A stretch of 56,542 bases of DNA from Octopus bimaculoides (taxonomy: Eukaryota), in NCBI RefSeq assembly GCF_001194135.2, contig NC_068992.1, positions 20,834,332-20,890,873 of the forward strand. The letters are read 5' to 3'. The notes under the pieces were generated by a model that worked only from the letters and a program-made list of their open reading frames with translations, did no database searches and had not been told where the DNA came from. Each line of letters begins with the position of its first letter. Position 1 is the first letter of the stretch. A program made the translations under genes and the position numbers. Shown here one piece after another: positions 11,545 to 24,555 of this stretch.

Positions 11545-11815
11545 ACTCGTAGCCGAGACGAGAGTTATGGAACCATTGTAGACTTCTGCTATAGCAGATA
11601 TATATTAGTTAAAGAGAAAAACAAACGCTGAGGCAAAATGAACATATGAAGCCATATATTACAAACGTTTTTGTTTTCTGTGCTTATTTCTGTGTTCCTT
11701 TCTGTTGAAGAGCGTAGGCTCGAAGCGTAAACTACTTTCTCACCGAGCGTTAAACTAATACATCTGTTAGTTGTTTACACACCCGTCTTCGTCGCTTTTT
11801 TATGTTCTAACTATA
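11545..11815 (+). mobile_element. Probable 3' terminal fragment of a Penelope-like element with a hammerhead-like motif
   Basis: Contains CCTTT-CTGTTGA-A-GAGC-GTAG-GCTC-GAAGCGT-A-AA at 11697-11731 and the 12-bp palindrome CTGCTATAGCAG. The Penelope assignment is inferred from the ribozyme type. Confidence 0.45.
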
Positions 11816-12828
11816 TACATATATTTCTTTACGTAGGAATTCTTGTCTTTGATGTATACTGTTTACCTTTACTATCAAATGACGCATGAAAATGTTTCCA
11901 ACCAAATTCAACCCATCGTTTTCAGTCATTCCTTATACAACAAATAATCGTATTTTTTAAGACATAAGCATAATTTGACGAAGATTTACCTTCCATTTCT
12001 ATTGGAATATATTGATTCTTTTGGCCATTCCTTTTCACTTCTGCTCCATTTTCGCCTTAAATGTGGTTGTCACAGATATTATGATACATGCGTTGCGGTA
12101 GAGTATTGTTGAATATATCTGTCGTAGTAAATTATACGCATAGGTATTTTCGGAATATTCTAGAATGATGATAGACTAACTGCACAAGACAAAGACCATC
12201 TACGATAGAGAAGAAATTATTGAAAGATGCAAGAATATATGTTATAATGTATACCATTTCATTTTTTTCTTTTCTAGCTGTATGCTGCACAGAAATATAA
12301 AAATAAAAGCACTGATATACAATTACTTGGTCGAAAATGGAATATTACAATATTTTTTTTTTATCTAGAATTCAACATTTATTTTATATATTCTTGATAA
12401 TTTGAGAAATATGTTATAAAGATGGCGTAGGAGTTTAGTGAATGTCGGCTAAACGATTTATACATTTGACAAATGGGAAAATAATGAAAACAAGATACGT
12501 GACTTCTGCAGATATAGCTGGAAATAATAAAACAATACTTGTCTATATATAACTCATTCTATAATTGAAGTTGAGTTCTTCACTTTAATAGACAATTTCC
12601 GAATAATTCTCTTCGACGGGGGCTATATTCAGCTTTTCCATATAATCGATATAATTTATAAATTATGAAAGAAAATGTGCCGCTGTTTCTCACGTACCGA
12701 TACATGCACGCACACACGTACGCACACACATTCATACATACAGATAGATAGACAGACATATAGATAGATGTAAATATATATAGTATCTACAAATACTTAT
12801 GTGTGTGTGTGTGTGTGTGTATGTGTGT

Positions 12829-12860
<32 letters not shown>

Positions 12861-13858
12861 TTGTGTGTGTGTGTAAATACTGATACACATATATATATAT
12901 ATATATATATACATATATATTTTGTGTTTAACTCATTCAGAAAGAAACACACAGAAGCATAAACCCACAGTACATGCATGCATACATATGTGTCTATGTG
13001 TATAGATATATACTCATATATAAGTGTATNNNNNNNNNNNNNNNNNNNNNNNNNNATATATATATATATACATATATACATAGAGATACATACACATATT
13101 TTGAGTGTTAATGCTTGGCATGTTCAATGTATGAAGAAACATCTTGTTTCTCTAAAAGCTTTATAATTGTGCAAAAAAAAAGGCCACCATCGAATGATAC
13201 AAGACGATTAACAGTACGTGCAAGATCACTAACACTATACTTGCAGCAAATCCTTTCTCTGATTCGCTTTGTTTCTCTACAGGCAAACATCTCCAGCAGT
13301 AGACCCATCGAGTCTTTGTGATTAAGTGTGTAGTTTTCTTTTGATTGTATAACAATTTAATCATACACTCACAAAGACACACATACATACATACACATGT
13401 AAACTCATATACACATACGCACTCAAACGCACGTAGAAATACACCGAGATAAATATATACACACACGTGAGCTGTAGGTATCTATCCGAATTCATTTTTT
13501 ATTCACAAAATCATATATAAGGTTATACAACATTTTACAGTGAAGACATATACAACATTTATTACGATACATATGTCCATGCTATTAAATTCAATTTGAT
13601 CGTAATTTTCTTATTCTTCCCAAAGAATCTTACCCATGTTGTTTTATTTTCTTGTCACATGTTCAACTCTCTGAGGCATAGAAAAGATTCAGTGAGAGAG
13701 GGAGAAAAAGAGAGAGCGAGAGAATGAGTGACTGTAAATGCGTGCGTCAATAAGGATTAAAGGAAGCGAGAAAATGCAATATATAGATATAAAGAAAGAG
13801 GTCATAGGAAATGAAATTAATATATAGAGACGGAGGTAGAATTGCCATGTGGATAATT

Positions 13859-14346
13859 AAAGCCAAAATATAGATACGTTGAGAGAGAATGTAAGATAGC
13901 CTATTGGAGAGTTGGTTATTCATTTATATAACAAATCCTAAAGTAGTGACATAAATCTTCCAGAGTATTGTGAAGGCAACATAGAGATGCTTACGGAACG
14001 GTTCGATCTGCTTAACATAATCATATCTAAAACGTGACGACATTGTAGAATTTTAAGAAACAGGGATTAAACATTGGCTAATATAGGTCTCTGATGTATT
14101 CTTTGAAAATTAAGACGGGATTGTCACGGGAATATTTGTACGATGCGAAATCGGTTAAATAAGAGCTGAAATTCGTTTTAAACGTTAGCTTATGTAAACA
14201 CATGACATATGTACGTTCATGCAGTTGTCTCGACCTAGAATGCTTATCCATCAAATTTTCGAATCAAAGCCAAAATATAGATACGTTGAGAGAGAATGTA
14301 AGATACCCTAGTGGACAGTTGGTTATTCATTTATATAACAAATCCT
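13859..14346 (+). repeat. Pair of ~81-bp direct repeats, 407 bp offset
   Basis: 13859-13939 and 14266-14346 (AAAGCCAAAATATAGATACGTTGAGAGAGAATGTAAGATA...CAAATCCT), 3 mismatches by manual alignment. Confidence 0.9.
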
Positions 14347-14865
14347 TGCATAATAGTAGGTATATAAAGTGGACATGCATCATAGTCTCTCATGCACACA
14401 CAAAAATAATGGAATTGTCAATGCTGATAAAATTGTTAGTAACAGAAATGAAACTGATATGAAGTAGCACAATAATTTCATAATAATTTTATTAATAATT
14501 TTATTAATGACATCAATAAAAAAAAAAACACTGGAAATGATATGTATCAAAGCACCAACAACAGGAACAACTACATATCCAATAAAATATGCACGGGATC
14601 AGTTCTGACAAGCAGTTGTCAAAAATAGTAAATTCATATCACAGGAAGGAGGGACAACAACACAGAATAATGAATTTCTTCTTAGCATCATATTTGAGTT
14701 GAGGAAAGATTGACAAAGACGCTTGTCTTCGGTGAACGTTTAACAAATTAAATCAGCTGCAAGCTTTCGATAGGCTTCACCACTGCTGCTTGGTGGACAC
14801 ATTTTCCAATTTTCGTTCAGTTCTTATGACCAATATATAATGTTAGTGTTACTGTCACTTTCTAA

Positions 14866-14980
14866 AGTGTTAGCACGCCGGATGAAATGCTGCGTAGCCT
14901 TTCGTCCGTCTTTACGTTCTGATTTCGAATTCTACCGAAATCGATGTCGCTTTTCTTTCGTTCTAGGTCGATAAAGTAGC
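14866..14980 (+). mobile_element. SINE family A, partial copy
   Basis: GTGTTAGCACGCCGGATGAAATGCT...TTACGTTCTGATTTCGAATTC...GGTCGATAAAGTA matches the family A head and middle. Confidence 0.7.
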
Positions 14981-16028
14981 CACGCTACTAAATTAAGTTC
15001 CACAGTATATCATATATAAATATATAATTTAGAGAAAAGAACCACAGTTCCTGAACTCATCCATTAAAATCCAGTCATATAGAAAAATTTAATAAGTAAA
15101 CACACAAAAAAGAACTAAATTAAAATACAAAGTAATAATTATTAAAATTATTTTAATAATTATTACTTTGTATTCTATTATAGCTCTTTTTAGTGTATTT
15201 ATANNNNNNNNNNNNNNNNNNNNNNNNNNNNNNNNNNNNNNNNNNNNNNNNNNNNNNNNNNNNNNNNNNNNNNNNNNNNNNNNNNNNNNNNNNNNNNNNN
15301 NNNNNNNNNNNNNNNNNNNNNNNNNNNNNNNNNNNNNNNNNNNNNNNNNNNNNNNNNNNNNNNNNNNNNNNNNNNNNNNNNNNNNNNNNNNNNNNNNNNN
15401 NNNNNNNNNNNNNNNNNNNNNNNNNNNNNNNNNNNNNNNNNNNNNNNNNNNNNNNNNNNNNNNNNNNNNNNNNNNNNNNNNNNNNNNTATATATATGCAT
15501 GTATGTGTGTATGTATGTATGTAGTGTATGAAGTATAATCGGCAGCACAAAAGTATTAGAATATTACTCAGTTCAAGCCAATTCAATGCTTTTTATTTCT
15601 TTCAGATCCTCCATGGAAGATAAAATGCCTACACAAGGAATGGAAACCATGCAGGAAGTTTTAAAGTATTGGATAAAAGATGTACGCATTGGAAGGCCTT
15701 ATGTGTCACAATATACTTCACTAAAGTCCGCCGGTGTCCACGTGATGTCGACATTTCATAAGAACTTTTTAGTGCAGTCATGACACCGATTCCAGCTTCA
15801 CATTGAGACAATCATCGAAGCAGAAGTTATATCCATAGAATAATCATAGAATTGAGCTTATCAAGAATAGATGTGCACGATTTTTATTAAAATAAATTAG
15901 TGTTTTTCCTAGATTAGTGTTGCTTTATTAAGTTACGAAATATTTTCTAACTCTTGCCCTGAGTATGCATACATATGTGTATCTGTGAACATCTGCGAAT
16001 GTCTGTATCTGTGAGCGCGTGTGTGCGC

Positions 16029-16080
<52 letters not shown>

Positions 16081-17277
16081 ATTTGTTACATACACAAACA
16101 AACACCTACAAACACGGGTACACATATTTCTAGGGGTGATTGTGTACAATAATACTCTTAATGACGTTCAGAAATGCGCAAGCATTATGCAAATTTTATT
16201 GATAATTTCAATTATGTGTCTTATAATTATGCTGGAAAGGTTATTTGTTGTCTATTGTCTAGTATTTGAAATTTGCTTTGTTTGTTTCTTTTTAAAATAT
16301 GTTAATCGAAATTGCTATTTCTATTCGAAGAAAATTATTAGAAATGGAAGTTGATATGTCTTCAATATTTCGTACATGATTAAATATTGGATATTTTAAC
16401 TACAGTTTACAAACGTACTTTTAAGCATAACTTTGCTACTCGTACATTCTCCTCTTTTAATATTAAATTCTATTGAAGTTATTACCTACGGTTTTCATTT
16501 GTTTTCCTTCTTTGGATGCATTTTTATCGTTAGTTATTTAGTAATTGCAATTCTACGAGGCGATAAAGTCTCATAACTATTTCTGACATATTAATGACTT
16601 CGAAATAATTAATATCTCATTTTGAGCCTTGATTCAATTTAAAATGAGAAAGCAATATTGTGTAAATAATTAATATTGACTATGATAAATGCTTTCTTTT
16701 CATTTAAATTCCTATATATCCAGAGCAACTTGTATTTCTATTATGAATATAGAACTCTTCGGATATGAATGCCACTTTTATTTAAGAGCATTCGTAGATT
16801 TCGCATCAAGTTTACAAACTGTAGTAACAATGATCAGTTATATTGTACTCCGGTGTACTAAAGCTATGAGATATATGGGGTTTCTGTTCGCTGTTAACTT
16901 AATTAATTCATGTGGACGTTAATTGCACTTACCAGGGTAGAAGTGCATTATATGAACCTAATTATCAACTGTAAAATACATGCAGTCGGCTTGTTATACT
17001 AGGAAAATTAAACGCTAGAAAAAAAAAAATTAATTTCTTTTTTCTTAATGTTAAAATGATTCAAAACCTATTAGAAGGAGAATCAGTTGATGTATATTTC
17101 ACCTCTAACATTCTGCTGTGAAGTATTATTAAGACGATCTCCTTACTTCTAAATCGGAAAGGAACGTTCCGCGAACCGGAATGATTGAACGTGTTAATGC
17201 ATAACTTCTGAAGACAGCATCAGAATCGACCATCACGAACGTAGCCAAAGACCACCAGACATCTAGCTCCGTACTAT

Positions 17278-17500
17278 TAGGTGGGGAACAGTTAGAATCG
17301 TTAGCGCATCGGATAAAAAAGCATTGCGGCATTTCTTCCGGTTCATTACATTCTACATTCAAATCCCTCCGAGGCCGACTTCGACTCCATCCTTTCGGAG
17401 TCGATAACCTAAACTACCAATCAAGTACCAAGGCTGATGTAATCGACAAACCCCCTTCCCTACAATATTGCTGGCATTCTGCCAACGTTTCAAACAATTA
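17278..17500 (+). mobile_element. SINE family A, diverged copy
   Basis: TTAGAATCGTTAGCGCATCGG...CATTCAAATCCCTCCGAGGCCGACTT...CATCCTTTCGGAGTCGATAA...GATGTAATCGAC. Confidence 0.75.
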
Positions 17501-19995
17501 TTGCCATTTTTTACAACATATTAATGATGCTTATCAAACAATCTGGCTGAAAGAAATATGTTTTGCTAAATAATACCCTGTTATTAATGAAAGAAACCAG
17601 TGTTATCTTTGCTTTACATACTTCTATGAGACAGCGCGCATAAGAATCAAACAGCACTTGTCTGTATCAATTACATTTTCTCAGCATAAGGTATACGGTG
17701 TAGAGATCTTCTTAGCACATAGAAGCGTATATCACGTTAAAATTGCATTTGCAAGCTGGACAATACCACACCAACACACTGTTCGAAAACTGCGCAGAGC
17801 TTCTGTAGAATACACAGTTCGGCGCAAGGTCAAAGTAAAATTGTATCATAAATATCTGATTGCCACTTTGGTCAAAATACTCTGAAACATACGTTTCACT
17901 ATTAATTGCGTTATAGTGAGATGGGAAATCCATATATTGTAAGGTGAAGAATATCGACGCGTATCATTCATCGATTTTCATAAAAATTATTATCGATGTA
18001 ATTGAAAAGAAATTATTTAAATATTATTATGATATAGCAGTAACTAGATTGCTTTCACGTTTTATGCATTTCAAATATCATTGACGAAGTAAATAGAACA
18101 AAAGTTGCTTCAGTGCTCTACAGGTTTGAGTTGCATCAGAGAGGATAATTTTTTCTATACTCTAAATATAAATCTTGATATTGATTATCAATTCATCCTT
18201 CCTAGGAAGATAATATAAGGTTATTTTTTGATATATTAATCTATCCTTCTCACTCGCTAAATGAGTGCGCTTCTATCAATATCAATGTAACTGATTAATT
18301 TTAATGTTCCCAATTAAAGTTCCTCATGTTTTTCGACTTGCCATTTCCGTCGTATTTGGTACATAAATAAGATTTAGACGAGCAATGCATATAACTTAAC
18401 GATATCGTTGTATTATTTCTAATTGAATAATTAAACTTGTCCTTTACATTCTAAACTTATATGTTTACAATAGATTTAAGGTGATGTAATATCTAATACG
18501 TGTGTACAAGTATGAATCTCTACACATCTATTCATATACACACTGACTCAACACACACATATATATGTATGTATAAATGTATGAATATATGTAAGTATAA
18601 ACATTATATATATATATATATATNNNNNNNNNNNNNNNNNNNNNNNNNNNNNNNNNNNNNNNNNNNNNNNNNNNNNNNNNNNNNNNNNNNNNNNNNNNNN
18701 NNNNNNNNNNNNNNNNNNNNNNNNNNNNNNNNNNNNNNNNNNNNNNNNNNNNNNNNNNNNNNNNNNNNNNNNNNNNNNNNNNNNNNNNNNNNNNNNNNNN
18801 NNNNNNNNNNNNNNNNNNNNNNNNNNNNNNNNNNNNNNNNNNNNNNNNNNNNNNNNNNNNNNNNNNNNNNNNNNNNNNNNNNNNNNNNNNNNNNNNNNNN
18901 NNNNNNNNNNNNNNNNNNNNNNNNNNNNNNNNNNNNNNNNNNNNNNNNNNNNNNNNNNNNNNNNNNNNNNNNNNNNNNNNNNNNNNNNNNNNNNNNNNNN
19001 NNNNNNNNNNNNNNNNNNNNNNNNNNNNNNNNNNNNNNNNNNNNNNNNNNNNNNNNNNNNNNNNNNNNNNNNNNNNNNNNNNNNNNNNNNNNNNNNNNNN
19101 NNNNNNNNNNNNNNNNNNNNNNNNNNNNNNNNNNNNNNNNNNNNNNNNNNNNNNNNNNNNNNNNNNNNNNNNNNNNNNNNNNNNNNNNNNNNNNNNNNNN
19201 NNNNNNNNNNNNNNNNNNNNNNNNNNNNNNNNNNNNNNNNNNNNNNNNATACAGCCTTCTATCTGTACTCCATAAAGATGTGTGTATGTGTGTATGTGTG
19301 TTTATTTGTGCGCTATACGACTGTATGTACTTGTATTTAGAATATTGATTTTTAATGTCGTACAAAAATACAAAATGACCTCCTATTATTGTAATCGTGG
19401 AGTCTGTAATTGCTTCTTCAATATTTTCATAAAAATATGTCTACATGATAACTTTTTCTTTCTTTTTTTCTCTCTAGACCAATGAATAATACATTGGTTC
19501 AAATAGCCAGCACCACACGTGAAGAAATTAAAGGATATAAAATATATTGAAGATAGAATCAATATGTTCTGTTTTATTCAATAGTTTCTGTTGTAGTCCT
19601 TTCTTTGAGATAATTGATATTTGTGAGCACGCCGCCGTCAAAATATGATATTGCAGAGTAGATTTAACGTACAACTTGCCAGACCTTGCCAGACCTTGAG
19701 GAGAATTTTCATCCCTGACATAATAAATAGAATATTGAAACATATTTAATAATCGCACCGGGGAAAATTGATAATGTGTCAGATCACTATGTTAAAGACG
19801 CTGTCTATTGAATTTTGTCTGTCAGTGGCACAGCTCGTTGTGAAGACAATTAAGGCCTTACTTCAGTAAACCTAGCAACACATTTATCCCTATGGTTGGG
19901 GTGGTAATACTGGAATAAAAGTATAATTTCTGACATCGAAAATTGGAATTTCGCTACTCAATGTTGGGGGGGGGGTTCGGTTAAATATTTATATG

Positions 19996-20343
19996 GTTGG
20001 CACTTAGTCGGTTACGATGACGAGGGTTCTAGTTGATCCGATCAACGGAACAGCGTGCTCGTGAAATTAACGCGCAAGTGGCTGAGCACTCCACAGACAC
20101 GTGTGACACAGAGTTTGACAAGGCTGACCCTTTGAAATACAGGTACAACAGAAACAGAAAGAACGAGTGAGAAAAGTTCTGGTGAAGAGTACATCAGGGT
20201 TCGCCACCATCCCCTGCCGGAGCCTTGTGGAACTATAGGTGTTTTCGCTCAATAAACACTCACAACGCCCGGTCCAGGAATCGAAACCGCGATCCTACGA
20301 CCGCGAGTCCTCTGCCGTAACCACTGGGTCATTGCACTTCCAC
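19996..20343 (-). mobile_element. SINE family B copy with internal deletion
   Basis: Reverse complement aligns with 10765-11146 (TGACCCAGTGGTTACGG...GGTTTCGATTCC...). Lacks the ~33-nt segment between GTGTCAC and ACGTGTCTG. Confidence 0.85.
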
Positions 20344-21744
20344 AAATACTAATATACACCACAGAGCTAAGATGGAGCTTTAGTATTAGATTTAGAGTAA
20401 GTTGAGTATTATTACCTCAAATACTAAAACAACTACCATAATTAAAACCACTATGACGATTAAAATTGCTGGAAACGTTAACAAAAATTATCATTGCTAG
20501 AAATTCTTACAACGAACGATTCTTAGACGTGGTCTTGCGCCCACCTGGAAAAACAGCTTAATATTTCTCAATTAGAGCAGCGATACCTTCGGAAAAGAGA
20601 CACTGAGCGTTCTTTTATGTCCCCAAGACACAGGAAAAAAAGAGGAGAATCACTACTTGGTTGCCTTCTAACATAGATTTAAAGACTGGACGAAACTACA
20701 AAATCAGTGAAAAGAACCATTGCCGTTAGCACGACGCTGGCATCAGGCCATATCTACTACTTTCCAAACATGAATCTCCATCACCACTGGGATTAACACG
20801 CACCACAATCTAAACTACTTCGATGTCTCCTGTGATCGCAAGATTTAATACGACAACGATTAATAATCACATTAATCATGAACATTTGCATCGGCGCAAT
20901 CAACAAAATATCCTGCAGATGATAACGACGAATTGTCAACAATATTTGAACTATTCTTAATTGTGTTGAATCTACCAAGTAATTGAAAAGTCATAATGAG
21001 GCATCAAACTTGAACTGATATTAATACATTTGTAGTCTTCTGAAGTGTCGGACACTTATGCGTAAGAAAAAAATAATAATAATTCGGCCCGTATTTCTGA
21101 AATTTAATCAAACACAGCATAGTTGTGTTTTACGGACGGTCTAAAGAAAGAAACTAATATGATTTATAAATGATTTATCTTGCTAAATCCGGCAGCACAT
21201 ACATACAGATTTTATTCTCTGAGTATTTTCTATTGCAATTTTAAAGGGATAAAATTCTCAAAATAACTTCTACTTGCTATACTACTTCACTCAATTATGT
21301 AGGTTCTTTCGTTGTTGTCCGTTTTATACCGAACCTTACAGTCATTCTCAACTCACCAGCGCAGACATATGAGACTATTTATTCCCCTTACATCGTAAGT
21401 TATTTTACCATATATACCCGAACTCCACTCATCTACGTGACTTGGGAACGGTGTTAGACGTTTTACTAAGTTCTTTGACTACACCACAAAGAATTTAAAA
21501 TAAAGCCGAAATCATTCAGACATACATGTACAAAAATGCTTAAGAAACATATATGGATATACATAAGAATACACAAGGGGGCGCGCGCACACACACATAG
21601 ATGCATTTGTATGTATATATGTATGAGTGTGTATGTGTGCATGTGTGGTTCTATATGCAAGTGTGCATAAATATGTATATGTGTGAATATGCATAAACTT
21701 ACACACACACACTCAAACACAAATATATATAAATATGTATTTAT

Positions 21745-21812
21745 TTATTCATGCGTTTCAGCCAAGTGGCTGCGGTCATGCTGGAGCACCACCATGATGG
21801 TCTCGCGAGACG
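21745..21812 (-). mobile_element. Short fragment of repeat family E
   Basis: GTTTCAGCCAAGTGGCTGCGGTCATGCTGGAGCACC matches 46510-46545 and ~32460-32485. Confidence 0.55.
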
Positions 21813-21824
21813 GCTGTATGTATG

Positions 21825-21860
<36 letters not shown>

Positions 21861-23259
21861 TACACGCACACANNNNNNNNNNNNNNNNNNNNNNNNNNNN
21901 NNNNNNNNNNNNNNNNNNNNNNNNNNNNNNNNNNNNNNNNNNNNNNNNNNNNNNNNNNNNNNNNNNNNNNNNNNNNNNNNNNNNNNNNNNNNNNNNNNNN
22001 NNNNNNNNNNNNNNNNNNNNNNNATATATATATATATACATATATATATACGTTGGGGTTGAACTAAAATTCCATTTTAATGAATATTATATCTGTACCT
22101 TTATAAGTTGTTACCGTCTAAGGTTTCAAAATGTCTGATTCTCATGCATAAGTGAATAGTTAGAAACAGATTTAAAACAGTGTAAATCTAATTTCCTTCA
22201 AACATAAGTACATCAAAAATTCCTGTAACATCTCTACCTATGCACTTATAAGTCTGGTGTCAAATTCCTAGGTAAGTATTCTATATATAAATTCATCTGT
22301 ATGTATAGAGTCTGACGAGAATATGATTTCTCATTGGAATAATTACTATTAATTCATACACTCAGTGCCTTGAGCAATTTGCAGACTTTCAAATATCATA
22401 TTTCTAACTTCACAAAGAATATATATATCATATATGCGTGTATGTATGTGCGTGTGTGTGTCCGTGTTTGTGCATGTATCCGTGTATGTGTGTTTATGTC
22501 TGTGCCTGTGTATTTGTGTGTATNNNNNNNNNNTATATATATATATTATATATATATATATATACATGTATATACAGATATATAATTATATATAGAAAGA
22601 GGGGAGGAGAGAGTTCAGTGGAGAGGGGAGAGAAGATTTAAACGGATTGTACCCCTGGACAGAAAACAACATAACCTGTACTGTGTACTTAAAATGGAAA
22701 GATGGTGCAAGTACAAAATATTGCAGTGAGTGAAATGCAAACGGTAGATATACTTCTAGAAGAATTTGCAATGAAAGAAAGGAAAACAATTAGGATTAGA
22801 TTTTCATTTCTTACTCTTACGGCCGTTGCAGGATAAAATAGCAGTGAGCGCCTTATTAATACTTTGCCTGTACCATGTCCTCCCGTTCCGGTCTTTTCTT
22901 GTCTTTTTCTCCGTTTATTTTATTAATTATATATATACATACACATCTGTGTTTGTGTGTGTGTGTGTGTGTGAGTGTGTGTGTGTGTGGGTGAGTGTGT
23001 GTGTGTGTGTTTGTGTGTGTGTGCGTGTATGTGTCTATGTGTAGGGCGCAAGTTAAAAACAACGGTCATTATATGTAAGTCCCTTATTAGAGAAAATTTG
23101 ATATGTAGCTGTTTCCAATAATCATTACAGATAGGTTTACACAATTCGTTTATTGATCAATTGAGATAAATTGAACGACCTAACAAAATTAACGCTACTT
23201 TCGTTAGAGCTATTGCTGAAAATAACAAACAGGCCACGTGGTTAATGACTGGTGCACGG

Positions 23260-23582
23260 GGAAAATGATGCAACCTTGGCAGCTTCAAGTAGAATTGGTA
23301 TAGGCAGGTTACAATAAGGTTGAAGCAATTGAGGTATAACAATAAAGAAAATGTGACATCACTTAGCAACTTAATATGGAAGAAAAATTAGAATACAAGC
23401 TCAAATGGCCAATCTTCAGTAGAACTAAACCTTATGAAATAAGTAGGACGAGATGTAAACATTGCCTAGAGGAATCATTCCAAATACTCAAACCTTCGGG
23501 TAACCTCATTATCCGTAGGCAGGAATTAGGAATAAGATGTAAACATTTTTTAAATAAATCATTTAGCAGGTTCCCTAGTTAA
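23260..23582 (+). mobile_element. Penelope-like element ORF relic, GIY-YIG endonuclease C-terminus
   Basis: YKLKWPIFSRTKPYEISRTRCKHCLEESFQILKPSGNLIIRRQELGIRCKHFLNK matches the recalled PLE C-terminal pattern W.I.....PY.....RC.LCL.EK..I.......N.R.E....C.H..K. An upstream frame gives TSLSNLIW (T.LS.YIW). Stops and frameshifts are present. Confidence 0.75.
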
Positions 23583-23951
23583 CTTTATGATATAGTGAGT
23601 GTTAGGTACAATGACAAGACGATGAATGTGAATTACCTATTTTTTTATGCGTTTATAGGTTTTCTACATATTACATTTAGTTTCTTTTCGCTATGCTTTA
23701 AAGACTTAAATAACTTTACACACGTTTTGTTTTATATTTATATGTATGTTAGTATGCCTATGTATGTGTGTGTGTCAATGTGGACGTTTATATGTTTCTG
23801 TGCATGTTTGTATGTATGTATAAATGTCTGCTTACACATAGATATGTTTATATGTGCATACGTGTGTGTAGCTAGACGTATGTATACGTGTATATATGTG
23901 TGTATGCGTATGAATATATATGTCTGTGCGTATGCGTGTGTGCATTTGTGT

Positions 23952-24023
23952 TTGTGTGGATGTGCCTCTGTGTGTGGGTGTGCCTCTGTATGTGGGTGTG
24001 CCTCTGTGTGTGGGTGTGCCTCT
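23952..24023. repeat. 18-bp minisatellite, 4 units
   Basis: (GTGTGTGGGTGTGCCTCT)x4 with 1-3 substitutions per unit, embedded in (GT)n. Confidence 0.9.
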
Positions 24024-24079
24024 ATGTGTGTGTGTGTATGTGTATGTGTGTGTGTGTGCGTGTGTGTGTGTGTGTGTGC

Positions 24080-24555
24080 GTATAACTGCTCTCATCAACA
24101 GTGGCAAAGGCCCATTGAAAGTATCAACCAGAGATTTCATTACCTTCGTGCGCTCAGAACAGCACATTCGTTTCAAGAAGAAGAAACTTCCTGTGAGCGA
24201 TGAAAAGCGGAATGGCTATTGGGAGGTGGCTGCAGATTTACCAGGTTGCCAAGGATTCTTTCCCATCGCAGCAACGAAGAAACTGGATATCAAAATATGG
24301 TGTGAAAGAGAGAAATTGGTGAATCTAGTCGTTTTAACCGTTCCTAATGAAGATAACATTTACACCGTTCGGACTCGAAAGACTGATTGCTATGTAAACC
24401 TCCTCGAGGAATGTGAATACGCAGTTTGGAAAACGGAGCATTTTCCAATCGGAATCGGATGAAGAGAGTTCGTTGGACACAGCAAATACCACAATGAATG
24501 ATATCCAAAATACAGTGGAGAAGGCTAGCCATTGGATTTAGGAAAAAGATACGAT
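24080..24555 (+). mobile_element. 5'-truncated HERO-type RLE non-LTR retrotransposon relic (C-terminal endonuclease)
   Basis: ITFVRS...WEVAADL...KKLDIKIWCEREKLVNLVVLTVPNEDNI...RKTDCYVNLLEECEYAVWKTEHFPIGIG*REFVGHS, and in another frame VEKASHWI. This parallels the recalled HERO pattern I.FVK..W....DL..RPDIVLWS......ELTVPWE...RK..KY..L..EC...W....P.EVGCRGF..AEKAS.W. Catalytic P-D/E positions are partly mutated. Confidence 0.78.

Noticed and set aside
15586-15783. ORF after a strong acceptor at 15605 (DPPWKIKCLHKEWKPCRKF* or SSMEDKMPTQ...)
   Set aside because: Two alternative frames, no recognisable homology and no upstream partner exon can be established.
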